64,000 nucleotides of DNA from an uncultured Alphaproteobacteria bacterium. GTDB lineage: Bacteria > Pseudomonadota > Alphaproteobacteria > Rhizobiales > Beijerinckiaceae. Positions 1 to 8,809 of the stretch are shown in pieces. Position numbers and translations under genes: made by a program. The stretch is taken from the NCBI GenBank assembly GCA_963722205.1, contig CAVRKL010000001.1, positions 408,933 to 472,932 of the forward strand, written 5' to 3'. Numbering within the stretch: position 1 is the stretch's first letter; every line of letters begins with the position of its first letter. The notes beneath the pieces were generated by a model, which did no database searches, was not told the DNA's origin, and worked only from the letters and a program-made list of their open reading frames with translations.

Positions 1-313
1 CTCGCGAACCGACGAACACGAAGCGGCACGTTGCCGAAGAGGAGCGAAACGTGACGGATCGGTATCCTTTGCGAGACAAGGTCGATTCGCAATGCGCGCG
101 GCACCGGAAGCGCTCGCCCATCGTCGCCGCCTGTGCACAGACCATTTCCGTTTGAATTGCAGCGGTTAGGCGTTTACCCTCAGAAAGCGACAGGCTAAGC
201 GTTTCAGGAACAGTGAACTCGTCTCGTTCGATCCGAGCCACCTCAACTTCGGTTTCCGCCGCTTCGTCGCCCAAATCAGCGACAAGCTTCACCCGCCAAA
301 CCAACTTTTGCAT
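1..313 (-). pseudogene. ISKra4-like transposase, N-terminal fragment (runs off window, frameshifted)
   Basis: Hand translation of the minus strand from ATG at 313 gives MQKLVWRVKLVADLGDEAAETEVEVARIERDEF...RCRAHCESTLSRKGYRSVTFRS. This resembles ISKra4-family N-termini as I recall them. The expected LFGNVPLRVRR continues only after a 1-nt shift near nt 60. Not in the supplied ORF track. Confidence 0.4.
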
Positions 314-351
314 AGGATCGCCTCTCCCCAAAAAGGTGGTTCTGCCTCACT

Positions 352-389
352 TTCTGTTGCGCTCTTGATTTTCTGTTGCGCTCTTGATT
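352..389. repeat. Perfect 19-bp tandem duplication (TTCTGTTGCGCTCTTGATT x2) in the subterminal left end of the ISL3 element
   Basis: Read directly: 352-370 equals 371-389. Confidence 0.9.
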
Positions 390-418
390 GGTCGCGGGCC
401 GAGCAATAGCTTGACCGT

Positions 419-1482
419 GTGCAGAGAAGATCGAGTTGGTCCCTCGGGCAGGGCATACGAGTTTTGACCGCGGAGCGGATCGGCGGTCAGTGGCTGATTT
501 CGGGGGTGGCCGGCGGATCTGGCGTCTGTCCAGACTGCAGAAAGCGATCGACGCGCCGATACGGATGGCACGAGCGCCATCTGCAAGATTTGCCGGCGCA
601 AGGCGCCCCTGTAACGGTGAAACTCCGTCTCCAGCGCTGGCAGTGTCAAAACGGAGCCTGCACCCGTAAGACCTTCACCGCGCAACTGCCCGAGGTCGCG
701 GCTCCCCGGGCGCGACGCACCGATTGGGCGGCCGAAGTCGTTTATCTTTTCGGCCATGGCGTGGGCGGGCGTCCAGGAGAGCGCTTGAGCAAGCGAATCG
801 GCATGCCGACGAGCAACGACACGATATTGCGCTGTCTCAAACCAACGGAGCGCTTCGGCGCCAAAGACGACGTCCCCGCGGTATTTCGAGGATTATCTGT
901 CACGCCGCTGGTCAGAAGGTTGCGTGCGCGGCCGGCGCCTTTTTCCAGGAAATTAAAGCACGTGGTTACACAGGGAGTTTTTCAAATCTCGAACGGCTAT
1001 TGGCGAAGTGGCGCAATCCGAAACGCAAAGCGGCAACGACTGCGCCGATTGTTCCGAGGCCGCAGCCTCTTGATCCCGCGACTGGACGTTCGATCTCGCC
1101 GATTGTGGCCGCAGCGCTCTGCATCAAGCCGCGTGGATTGTTGACCGCCAATCAGGCTGCAAAAGTCGATGCGATGAAAGAGAGCTGGCCAGAATTCGCC
1201 GCAATGCGTCGACTCGCCATGCGATTTAGGGGCTTGCTCAAAAGCAAGAGCGTTGGCAAGCTCGGCGTCTGGCTGAAAGACGCTCAGAAGTCGGGCCTCT
1301 ACGCGATGCAACGTTTCGCTCGCACGCTGCAGAGAGACATCGACGCGGTGAGGAATGCCGTTACCGAGCCTTGGAGCAATGGCCAAACAGAAGGGCAGAT
1401 CAACCGCCTGAAAGCACTCAAACGAATGATGTATGGCCGGGCTGGGCCAGAACTCCTCCGCGCGCGCATGCTTCCTCTGTAG
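419..1482 (+). pseudogene. ISL3-family transposase remnant (zf/HTH N-terminus fused to C-terminal ~240 aa, DDE core deleted, frameshifts)
   Basis: N-terminal CPDCRKRS...WQCQNGACTRKTF zinc-finger/HTH in the 419 frame. The C-terminal ...WSNGQTEGQINRLKALKRMMYGRAGPELLRARML in the 724 frame is typical of ISL3. The junction is near 842, with an extra frameshift in a T-run near 945. Confidence 0.8.
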
Positions 1483-1834
1483 CGGCTCCCGCAACAGAAA
1501 GTGAGGCAGAACCAACAAGATGGTCAAAGAGCGCCAATTCATCGAACCGGGCAAGGTCATCGAGTTCAACGACGAAATGCGCTTCGATCAAGGCGACAAG
1601 GGTTGGAAGGGTCAGGATGGCAATATCTATTGAAGGCAGTCGACGCGGGCGCCGCGATGGAAGCAGGCACCCACCGCGATTACCGGATGTTCCACAGCAT
1701 CACAAGCGGACTTGCCCCTGTGCGATCCGCCGTCGTGTCGCAAATTGCAGGCGCTGCAAAAAAGCCCGGCCTGGAGCACGGCCGGGCTTGTCTTTTCGAG
1801 AAGATCAGAGAGCCCGCCCCCAGCCCCGATCCGA

Positions 1835-1974
1835 TCAATATTTGGCGAGCACCGGAGCCGGAGCGGCCCAGTTGAAGTGATAGTTCACGCCGGCGCGGAC
1901 GATGTTGATCTGCGGGTGGAAGTTATAGCCCCAGTTCCAGTTGAAGCCGTTGTTGTTGTTTCCGCCGCTGCTGA
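1835..1974 (-). pseudogene. Outer-membrane beta-barrel protein, C-terminal fragment (split by IS insertion)
   Basis: ...SSGGNNNNGFNWNWGYNFHPQINIVRAGVNYHFNW...AKY* continues the 2910-3633 reading frame once the IS plus one TSD copy is removed. Confidence 0.75.
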
Positions 1975-2909
1975 GAGCCCGTCCGCGAACATGTTGAGTC
2001 CTATGAGTCACTTGTGATTCCATGGGTCAGCACGATTCGTTGGGAGCTGGCCGATGTGGACGGACGAAAATCGGGGTCGCTATGACCGGAGCAAGTTGCG
2101 TTATCCGAGCGATTTGACCGACGAGGAATGGGCGCAGGTGGAGCCGCTGCTGCCTCCGGCCAAGCGCGGCGGCGCCAAGCGCACGGTGAACCTGCGCGAG
2201 GTGGTCAACGGTCTCCTCTACGTGCTCAGCACGGGCTGCCAATGGCGAGCGATCCCGCAGGATTTGCCGCCAAAGAGCACGGTCTACGACTATTTCGACC
2301 TTTGGGATTGGGATGGGACGCTCAACCGCATCCATTGGGAGCTTTACGTCAAATGCCGCGAACAGGCGGGACGCGAAGCGAGCCCGACAGCGGCCATCAT
2401 CGACAGCCAAAGCGTGAAGAGCGCAGAAAAAGGGGGGCCTGCATCGACCCTTGCGGCTATGACGCGGGCAAGAAGATCAAGGGCAAGAAGCGACATATCC
2501 TCGTCGATACGCAGGGCTTGCTGATGCACGCGCTCGTGCACCCGGCCGACATTCAGGACCGCGACGGCGGCGTGCTGGTGATGGCGACGTTGTTTGGGGC
2601 TTTCCCGTTCCTGTTGAAGCTCTACGCCGACGGCGGTTATCAAGGGCCGGAGTTTCGAACGGCTATCGACAAGGTGATCGCCGACGTAAACGTCGAGATC
2701 GTCAAGCGCTCAGATCAGGCGCAAGGCTTCGTCGTTTTGCCCAAGCGCTGGATCGTGGAACGGACGTTCTCATGGCTTGGCAGATGCCGCAGGCTCGCCA
2801 AGGACTGGGAATGCCTGTCGCGCAGGGCGCTGGCCTTCCTGCGCCTCGCCTCCATCCGCCTCATGCTGCGAAAGCTATGCAATCCAGCGTGATCCTTCCG
2901 GACAGACTC
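1975..2909 (+). mobile_element. IS5-family element (IS1031/IS427-like), copy 1, 935 bp
   Basis: IRs are GAGCCCGTCCG... and ...CGGACAGACTC. A 3-bp TNA-type direct repeat TGA lies at 1972-1974 and 2910-2912. Identical to copy 2 except one base in the right IR. Confidence 0.85.
2054..2892 (+). CDS. IS5-family transposase (orfA/orfB joined by -1 frameshift near 2428-2437)
   Basis: orfA ...DSQSVKSAEKGG continues in the -1 frame as ...IDPCGYDAGKKIKGKKRHILVDT...YADGGYQG...KRWIVERTFSWL. The slippery run AAAAAGGGGGG is at 2427-2437. Confidence 0.85.
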
Positions 2910-3633
2910 TGAGATCGACATAGAGATATTCGATCTTCGCCGACCAGCGGGGAGCGAACATCCACTCCAGGCCGCCGCCGGCGGTCCAGCCGGTGTAGGT
3001 GTCGTTGTAGCCATAGGCGCTCACGCCGCCGTAGGCGAAGCCCGCCGTGCCGTAGACGAGCAGCGAGGGGGTGAAGAGCCAGCCGGCGCGGCCGCGCACC
3101 GTGCCGACCCAGTTGAGGGCCAGGTTGCCGTTGTTGACCGCGTTGACCGGCACCAGGACGCCCGTCCCAGGGCCAAAGGGGGGTGTCAGGAACGGCGACG
3201 GATAGATGGAGGCGCCCGAATTGTTATTGTTGCTGCTGATGCTCGAGCCCTGGAAGTCCGCCTCGACGCCCACCACGATCGACGGGTTGAACTGGAAGTT
3301 GTAGCCGACCTGCGCGCCGCCGATGACGCCGCCCGCGGTGCCGTTCTGATTGTTGTTGGGCAGGAAGAACAGGTTCGGCGTGCCAAACTGCGGGGCGATG
3401 CCGCTTCCGCCGAAGGCGTAGTTCGGATCCCAGTAGGCCGAGCCCTGGTTGTTGTTGTTGTTGGAGTTCCAGCCGCCGCCGATGTTCAGACCGCCGTAGA
3501 AGCCGGTCCAGATGAGCGGGGGCGGCGGCGGCACATAGACCGGCGGCGCCTTGCGCGAGGGGAGATCGGCGGCGAGCGCCGAGCTCATGCCCATCGCCAG
3601 CGTGATGGCGGAAATAGCAACTACCTTTTTCAT
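2910..3633 (-). pseudogene. Outer-membrane beta-barrel protein (OmpA-like/Omp25-type), N-terminal part, truncated by IS copy 1
   Basis: Signal peptide MKKVVAISAITLAMGMSSALAA, Asn/Gly-rich loops and aromatic beta-strand pattern. The frame runs into IS sequence after ...KIEYLYVDL. Confidence 0.75.
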
Positions 3634-3668
3634 TTTCGGCTACTCTTCGGATAGGGCGGGGTAACTTA

Positions 3669-4603
3669 GAGCCCGTCCGCGAACATGTTGAGTCCTATGA
3701 GTCACTTGTGATTCCATGGGTCAGCACGATTCGTTGGGAGCTGGCCGATGTGGACGGACGAAAATCGGGGTCGCTATGACCGGAGCAAGTTGCGTTATCC
3801 GAGCGATTTGACCGACGAGGAATGGGCGCAGGTGGAGCCGCTGCTGCCTCCGGCCAAGCGCGGCGGCGCCAAGCGCACGGTGAACCTGCGCGAGGTGGTC
3901 AACGGTCTCCTCTACGTGCTCAGCACGGGCTGCCAATGGCGAGCGATCCCGCAGGATTTGCCGCCAAAGAGCACGGTCTACGACTATTTCGACCTTTGGG
4001 ATTGGGATGGGACGCTCAACCGCATCCATTGGGAGCTTTACGTCAAATGCCGCGAACAGGCGGGACGCGAAGCGAGCCCGACAGCGGCCATCATCGACAG
4101 CCAAAGCGTGAAGAGCGCAGAAAAAGGGGGGCCTGCATCGACCCTTGCGGCTATGACGCGGGCAAGAAGATCAAGGGCAAGAAGCGACATATCCTCGTCG
4201 ATACGCAGGGCTTGCTGATGCACGCGCTCGTGCACCCGGCCGACATTCAGGACCGCGACGGCGGCGTGCTGGTGATGGCGACGTTGTTTGGGGCTTTCCC
4301 GTTCCTGTTGAAGCTCTACGCCGACGGCGGTTATCAAGGGCCGGAGTTTCGAACGGCTATCGACAAGGTGATCGCCGACGTAAACGTCGAGATCGTCAAG
4401 CGCTCAGATCAGGCGCAAGGCTTCGTCGTTTTGCCCAAGCGCTGGATCGTGGAACGGACGTTCTCATGGCTTGGCAGATGCCGCAGGCTCGCCAAGGACT
4501 GGGAATGCCTGTCGCGCAGGGCGCTGGCCTTCCTGCGCCTCGCCTCCATCCGCCTCATGCTGCGAAAGCTATGCAATCCAGCGTGATCCTTCCGGACAAA
4601 CTC
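3669..4603 (+). mobile_element. IS5-family element (IS1031/IS427-like), copy 2, 935 bp
   Basis: Same sequence as 1975-2909, offset by 1694 nt. It has its own 3-bp direct repeat TTA at 3666-3668 and 4604-4606. It is inserted 35 nt upstream of the OMP start codon. Confidence 0.85.
3748..4586 (+). CDS. IS5-family transposase (copy 2, -1 frameshift)
   Basis: ORF-track proteins are identical to those of copy 1. Confidence 0.85.
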
Positions 4604-4789
4604 TTAGGGGCGCCTTGCAGCGCGACTACGTGAAGACGAGAGAACCATGCGCGGGAATGCTGGTTAAACGCAACAATTAAATCGTGACACGATATATTTT
4701 TTCTTGAGCTGTGTTATTTTTGCAACACCTCACCTGATTGCGCTTCTTTGCCCCCTATCGCCTTACTCTGGCCATCAACCGCCATTGTT

Positions 4790-5054
4790 CGGCAAAAATC
4801 CGCCCTCTGCGGCGGCCATTTCCGGCGAGCCTTGGATACACCGATACAGCGGGGCCTTAATTTTCGCCTTCTCTTTCAATTGGTAGGGAACGGCCCGCAC
4901 TTCCCGAGGCGTCAGCGCGTCGAAATCCATCGCCTTCAACGCCTCGCGGAGCGGGTCCTTGAGCTCGAGGCACGCCGGGCCGCGCGTTCTCCGCCTCAAG
5001 ATCCCTCAGCCGTTTGACCTGATCGCTCTTCAGCCCGCCGTATTCCTGACGCCA
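4790..5054 (-). pseudogene. IS3-family OrfA remnant, distal part (frameshifted, no OrfB/DDE part present)
   Basis: ...WRQEYGGLKSDQVKRLRDLEAENAR, then shifted ...LELKDPLREALKA. This is the typical IS3 OrfA leucine-zipper region. Boundaries are approximate. Confidence 0.5.
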
Positions 5055-5057
5055 GCT

Positions 5058-6381
5058 AATGGGATGGACGGCTCTCCCTTCCGCCCTCAGGTTGAGAGCC
5101 CGCAATTGGAAGGAGAGCCAAGATGACGATTGAGACCCTCGGCTTGGACATCGCCTAGAATGTGTTCCAGCTTCATGGCGTCAACAGGAACGGTCGCGTC
5201 GTGCTGAAGCGCCGAGTGATGCGCGACGAGCTTTCGAAAGCGATCGCCCAAATTGATCCGTGCACGATCGTCCTCGAAGCTTGCACCGGCGCATTCTATT
5301 GGGCTCGCAAGTTCGAAGCGCTCGGGCATCAGGTCAAGCTAATCAGTCCGCAATATGTGAAGCCCTTTGTGCGGCGACAGAAGAACGACGGCAACGACGC
5401 GGTAGCCATCTGCACTGCTACGCGCCAACCGCATATCCTGCATATCCCTTTCGTTCCTAGGAAGACCGTCGAGCAGCAGGATATCCAAGCCCTACATCGC
5501 GCCCGACAGAGGATGGTCAATCACCGCACCGCCGTCGTGAGCCAGATTCGTGGATTGTTGCTTGACCGCGGTTTCGCCTTCGCCAAGAGCATCAGGACCG
5601 CGCGCCGTATGATTCCGGAGATTTTGGCCAATCAAGACAATGAGCTGACCGCCACGGCGCGCGAGGCGATTGCCGAACTCTATGAACTCTTCCGGGATCT
5701 CGATCGGCGGATCGCTTCATTCGACAAGAAGATCGACGCAGTTTTCCGCAACAATGAGGCCTGTCAATGCATCGCCAAGATCAAGGGCGTCGGCCCCAAG
5801 ACCGCCACGGCATTCGTCGCCGTCATCGGCGATGGCTCGGAGTTTAAGAACGGTCGCCATCTCGCCGCCTGGGTCGGTCTTGTTCCCCGGCAATTCTCCA
5901 GCGGCGACCGCAAGGTGTTGATGGGCATTTCTAAACGGTGAAGCCAACATCTGCGTAGCCTACTCGTTCACGGCGCGCGCTCCGTGGTGCGGACGGCTCC
6001 CAACAAAACCGATCCGGGTAACCAATGGATCAATGAGCTTCGACAACGGCGCGGGTTCAACCGCGCGACGGTGGCGGTCGCCAATAAGAATACACGGATT
6101 ATCTGGGCCGCGCTCAAAACGACGAACCTTACCGCGCCGCCTGCTGAAGGCCCGCCCCAGAGCTTGCGAGACGACGGAGAAATGAACTGCACAGGTCGGA
6201 CCGGCGCGCAAAGAGCCTGAGTACTATCGAGGCCCTCGAGGCCTACCAGCTGTAAAGGCGTGCGCGAGCGGATTCCCCATTTGGGCGCCCCGACCCAATC
6301 GGGTGACGCCGGATAGATGTTTGCGACTGGCCGAGCAGCTCAGATCAAAATCGGCTTGCAACGGGAGAGCCGTCCATAGAG
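5058..6381 (+). mobile_element. IS110-family element inserted into the IS3 orfA remnant (boundaries approximate)
   Basis: Limits are inferred from where the IS3 OrfA homology is interrupted (...GVTEVPYY | insert | WRQEYGGLK). IS110 elements lack clear IRs. Confidence 0.6.
5123..6220 (+). pseudogene. IS110-family transposase with two in-frame stop codons
   Basis: A single frame reads MTIETLGLDIA*NVFQLHGV...GISKR*SQHLRSLLVHGARSVVRTAPNK...ANKNTRIIWA. TAG at 5156-5158 replaces the expected Lys. TGA at 5939-5941 replaces the expected Gly. Confidence 0.8.
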
Positions 6382-6510
6382 ATAATACGGTACCTCCGTC
6401 ACGCCTATCGAGCGGATGGACTCCGCCACCGTCCGACGCTGCGTCGTCATTACGTCGACCTGCCGAAGCTTTGCAACGATCTCCTCGGGCTTGTGACGCT
6501 TTCTGCCCAT
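6382..6510 (-). pseudogene. IS3-family OrfA remnant, N-terminal part
   Basis: MGRKRHKPEEIVAKLRQVDVMTTQRRTVAESIRSIGVTEVPYY is an HTH typical of IS3 OrfA. Homology stops at the IS110 insertion. Confidence 0.6.
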
Positions 6511-6987
6511 CTCAAATCCTCCTCCAAGGCTCAAAAGCCACGCTTCACGGAGGAGCACTTTTCAGGGGGCAGACCAGTCCCTTGCCATGAGGCGCACCGG
6601 GATGATCTTCCCGAAGGGAAAATGCAGCAACACGGCAAGGCGTCCCGTGTCGGGAATTCCGCCTGCGAGCCGAATCATGTCACATCTTCGGTTAAGCTCG
6701 CGAGCAACCATCGCGCCGCCGTCCCTATTGCATCGTGATACGACATAGGCTATTTCGGAGCATCAGATACGCAGTAATCCAATCTCTTTCCGCAATGATC
6801 AGAACCTTTTGGCTAGGGGAGAACGGGGTCGTTTTGGCTTCGCAGGTCGCTCAGGCGAGATTCCGAAAAGGCGTTTGCAAGCGATTCTTTCGATAGTCGC
6901 CCGATAGTCGCCGTAACGGGATGCGCCCGAGGGGGCGTCTTAGCGCAACGGACCACGGGAGTGGCCTGGTCGAAAAAGGGACACCCG

Positions 6988-7296
6988 ATGATCAACTTCC
7001 TGCGTTCGTGCTTGGCCATCGGTCTCATCTCCATCGCGCTGCCCGTCGGCGCGCAGGAGCGCGGCTACGAGCAGGGGCCGAGATATCATCGGTTACACCG
7101 CTCGCATCCTTCCGGTGATTATCCCTATCTCTCTGGCGAGCGCTCTTATCCTTACGCCTATCAGCGGCATGTCGAGCCGCGCTCGCCCGATTATGGCTAT
7201 CAGCACCCCGCCAACGGCTACGCCTACCCGTATAGCAACGGCGAACATTACTCTCCCTATACTTACGACTATAGCCGAGGCTACCAGGATCGTTGA
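6988..7296 (+). CDS. Small secreted Tyr/Pro/Gly-rich protein (hypothetical)
   Basis: ATG at 6988 preceded by AAGGGA. Signal peptide MINFLRSCLAIGLISIALPVGAQE. The mature ~80 aa contains ~19 Tyr in YPY/YAY/YSPY motifs. Confidence 0.5.
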   Translation: MINFLRSCLAIGLISIALPVGAQERGYEQGPRYHRLHRSHPSGDYPYLSGERSYPYAYQRHVEPRSPDYGYQHPANGYAYPYSNGEHYSPYTYDYSRGYQDR

Positions 7297-7545
7297 CGCC
7301 CCACGCAGCGCGCTTCGAGAAGCAGTTCGGCTTGCGGCGAAAGCAACCGGTCGCGAACTCCTTTCGATCCTTTGGCCGGCGGCGCCCGTTGCATGGGCGT
7401 AAGCGCTCGAATCCGAAGCTTGACCGCGCTCTCACGCGTCAATGCGACGCATCGCCGCAGACTTGTCTATTGGCTTTAACAGACTCTTAGGTTATATGTC
7501 GTAACACGATATATATGCAGCGTGTGAGGGATTGAGAGTGCGGCC

Positions 7546-7812
7546 ATGAAAACTGCCGAAGACGTGACCGGTCATGTGATCGCGGCGAGGGTAGCGGCGG
7601 CTGTCGCGTCCGGCGTTTCCTTCCTCGAGTCGCTCGCGAAGAAAGCGACGCAGCCGCTCCGTTCGAAGGAGTGGAGCAAGGCGGTCGAAGCCGCGGAAGC
7701 CGTCATGAAAGCCGCCGAAGAGGCCCCGGCGCGAAAGGTGGCGGCCGCGGCTGCTGGGCTCATCGCGATCAGCATCTTCTTTATCGAGGCTCTCTTCAGA
7801 GCCTTCGGATGA
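7546..7812 (+). CDS. Small predicted membrane protein (88 aa), paralogue of 8169-8276
   Basis: N-terminus MKTAEDVTGH and C-terminal TM segment AAAAAGLIAISIFFIEALFRAFG are conserved with the 35-aa paralogue. Confidence 0.5.
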   Translation: MKTAEDVTGHVIAARVAAAVASGVSFLESLAKKATQPLRSKEWSKAVEAAEAVMKAAEEAPARKVAAAAAGLIAISIFFIEALFRAFG

Positions 7813-7887
7813 CCTCTCGTCGAGCCCCGGTGTGATCGAGACCGGCGCCACCATGCCGCGTTCTGGGGCGCTGGGCTTGCGGCGGTT

Positions 7888-8045
7888 CTAGTTCACGATG
7901 AACACAGCGGGACATTTGGCGAGCTGCATGATTGCGGTCAGCGCGGCGGCTGCCGATCGAGCGCTCGTAGAGCGCGGAATGGCCGACGGCGCCGATCAGG
8001 AACAGATCGGCCTTAATCCTCCGCAAGCCGCGCGATGTCCCGGAG
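7888..8045 (-). pseudogene. Universal stress protein, C-terminal fragment (decayed duplicate of 8371-8790)
   Basis: About 80% nucleotide similarity by eye to the 3' end of the intact usp (...KADLFLIGAVGHSALYERSIGS...AKCPAVFIVN*) with an indel/frameshift. No N-terminal part is present. Confidence 0.65.
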
Positions 8046-8168
8046 GGGAAGGCCGCCTCGCGTCAATCCGTCGCAGGAACGCAGGCTTGTCTTCGGGCGT
8101 TAACAAAACAGTTGGGGTGTGGATCGTGGCGCGATTTGTCTGGTCCGAACCGAACAGGGGAGCACCGC

Positions 8169-8276
8169 ATGAGAACCGCCGAAGAGATAACCGGGCGTTG
8201 GGCGGCCGTCGCGGCCGCGGGGGTCGTTATGCTCGGCATTTTCCTCGTCGAAGTCATCATCAAGGGATTCGGGTGA
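8169..8276 (+). CDS. Small predicted membrane protein (35 aa), paralogue of 7546-7812
   Basis: Hand-translated MRTAEEITGRWAAVAAAGVVMLGIFLVEVIIKGFG*. Not in the ORF track because it is too short. Differences from the paralogue are mostly conservative. Confidence 0.45.
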   Translation: MRTAEEITGRWAAVAAAGVVMLGIFLVEVIIKGFG

Positions 8277-8370
8277 CTTCTGTCGAAGCGCCTCTGCGGG
8301 ATTGCGCGCTGGCCAACGCCTAAGTTCCTTTCGATCGAGATCACCCCCCAGTGCGGGGGCTTTGGCGTTT

Positions 8371-8790
8371 CTATTTCACAACGAGCACAGGGCATTTGGC
8401 GAGCTGCACGATGCGATCGGCGCGACTACCGATCAGGCGCTCATAGAGCGCCGAATGGCCGACGGCGCCGATCACGAGCAAATCGGCCTTCAACTCCTCC
8501 GCAAGTCGCACGATGTCCCGGACGGGATGGCCTTTGAGTACATGCGTCCGGAGCTTCGCCTGCTCGGCGTCAGCCATGGCTTGCGCATGCTTGAGCAGCC
8601 CCTGAATGCGTCGCGCGGTCTTCTCGTCCTGTTGTTCGACTTCCTGCACAAATTCAGGCATATAGGGAATTTCCTCGACGCACACCATGTGCAGCTCGGC
8701 GCGGTTCTCCTTGGCGAGGGTGATCGCCATCGAGAAGGAGCGGAAGCCGGTTTCGGAACCGTCGTTGGCGTTCAGGATCTTGGTGAACAT
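8371..8790 (-). CDS. Universal stress protein (UspA family)
   Basis: 139 aa ending ...ADLLVIGAVGHSALYERLIGSRADRIVQLAKCPVLVVK, the typical USP ATP-binding C-terminus. Confidence 0.85.
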   Translation of the reverse strand: MFTKILNANDGSETGFRSFSMAITLAKENRAELHMVCVEEIPYMPEFVQEVEQQDEKTARRIQGLLKHAQAMADAEQAKLRTHVLKGHPVRDIVRLAEELKADLLVIGAVGHSALYERLIGSRADRIVQLAKCPVLVVK

Positions 8791-8809
8791 GGCGGGCCTC
8801 CCTGAGGGT

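Larger units (their letters stand above)
337..1514 (+). mobile_element. Internally deleted (non-autonomous) ISL3-family element
   Basis: Terminal inverted repeats: GGTTCTGCCTCACTTTCTGTTGCG at 338-361 and its reverse complement at 1490-1513. They enclose only a broken ISL3 transposase. Flanks AAAAAGGT / AACAAGAT match 6/8, possibly a decayed 8-bp TSD. Confidence 0.8.

Noticed and set aside
352-389. Possible CRISPR-like or minisatellite repeat.
   Set aside because: There are only two 19-bp units with no spacers, and they lie inside the ISL3 left end. This is a local tandem duplication, not an array. I noticed no CRISPR-like array anywhere in the window.
7478-7493. AACAGACTCTTAGG resembles the right end plus TSD of the IS5-family copies (GGACARACTC+TTA+GG), so it could be a solo IR or MITE scar.
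   Set aside because: Only ~12 of 15 positions match, there is no partner IR nearby, and no further IS-derived sequence. The match is too short to distinguish from chance.
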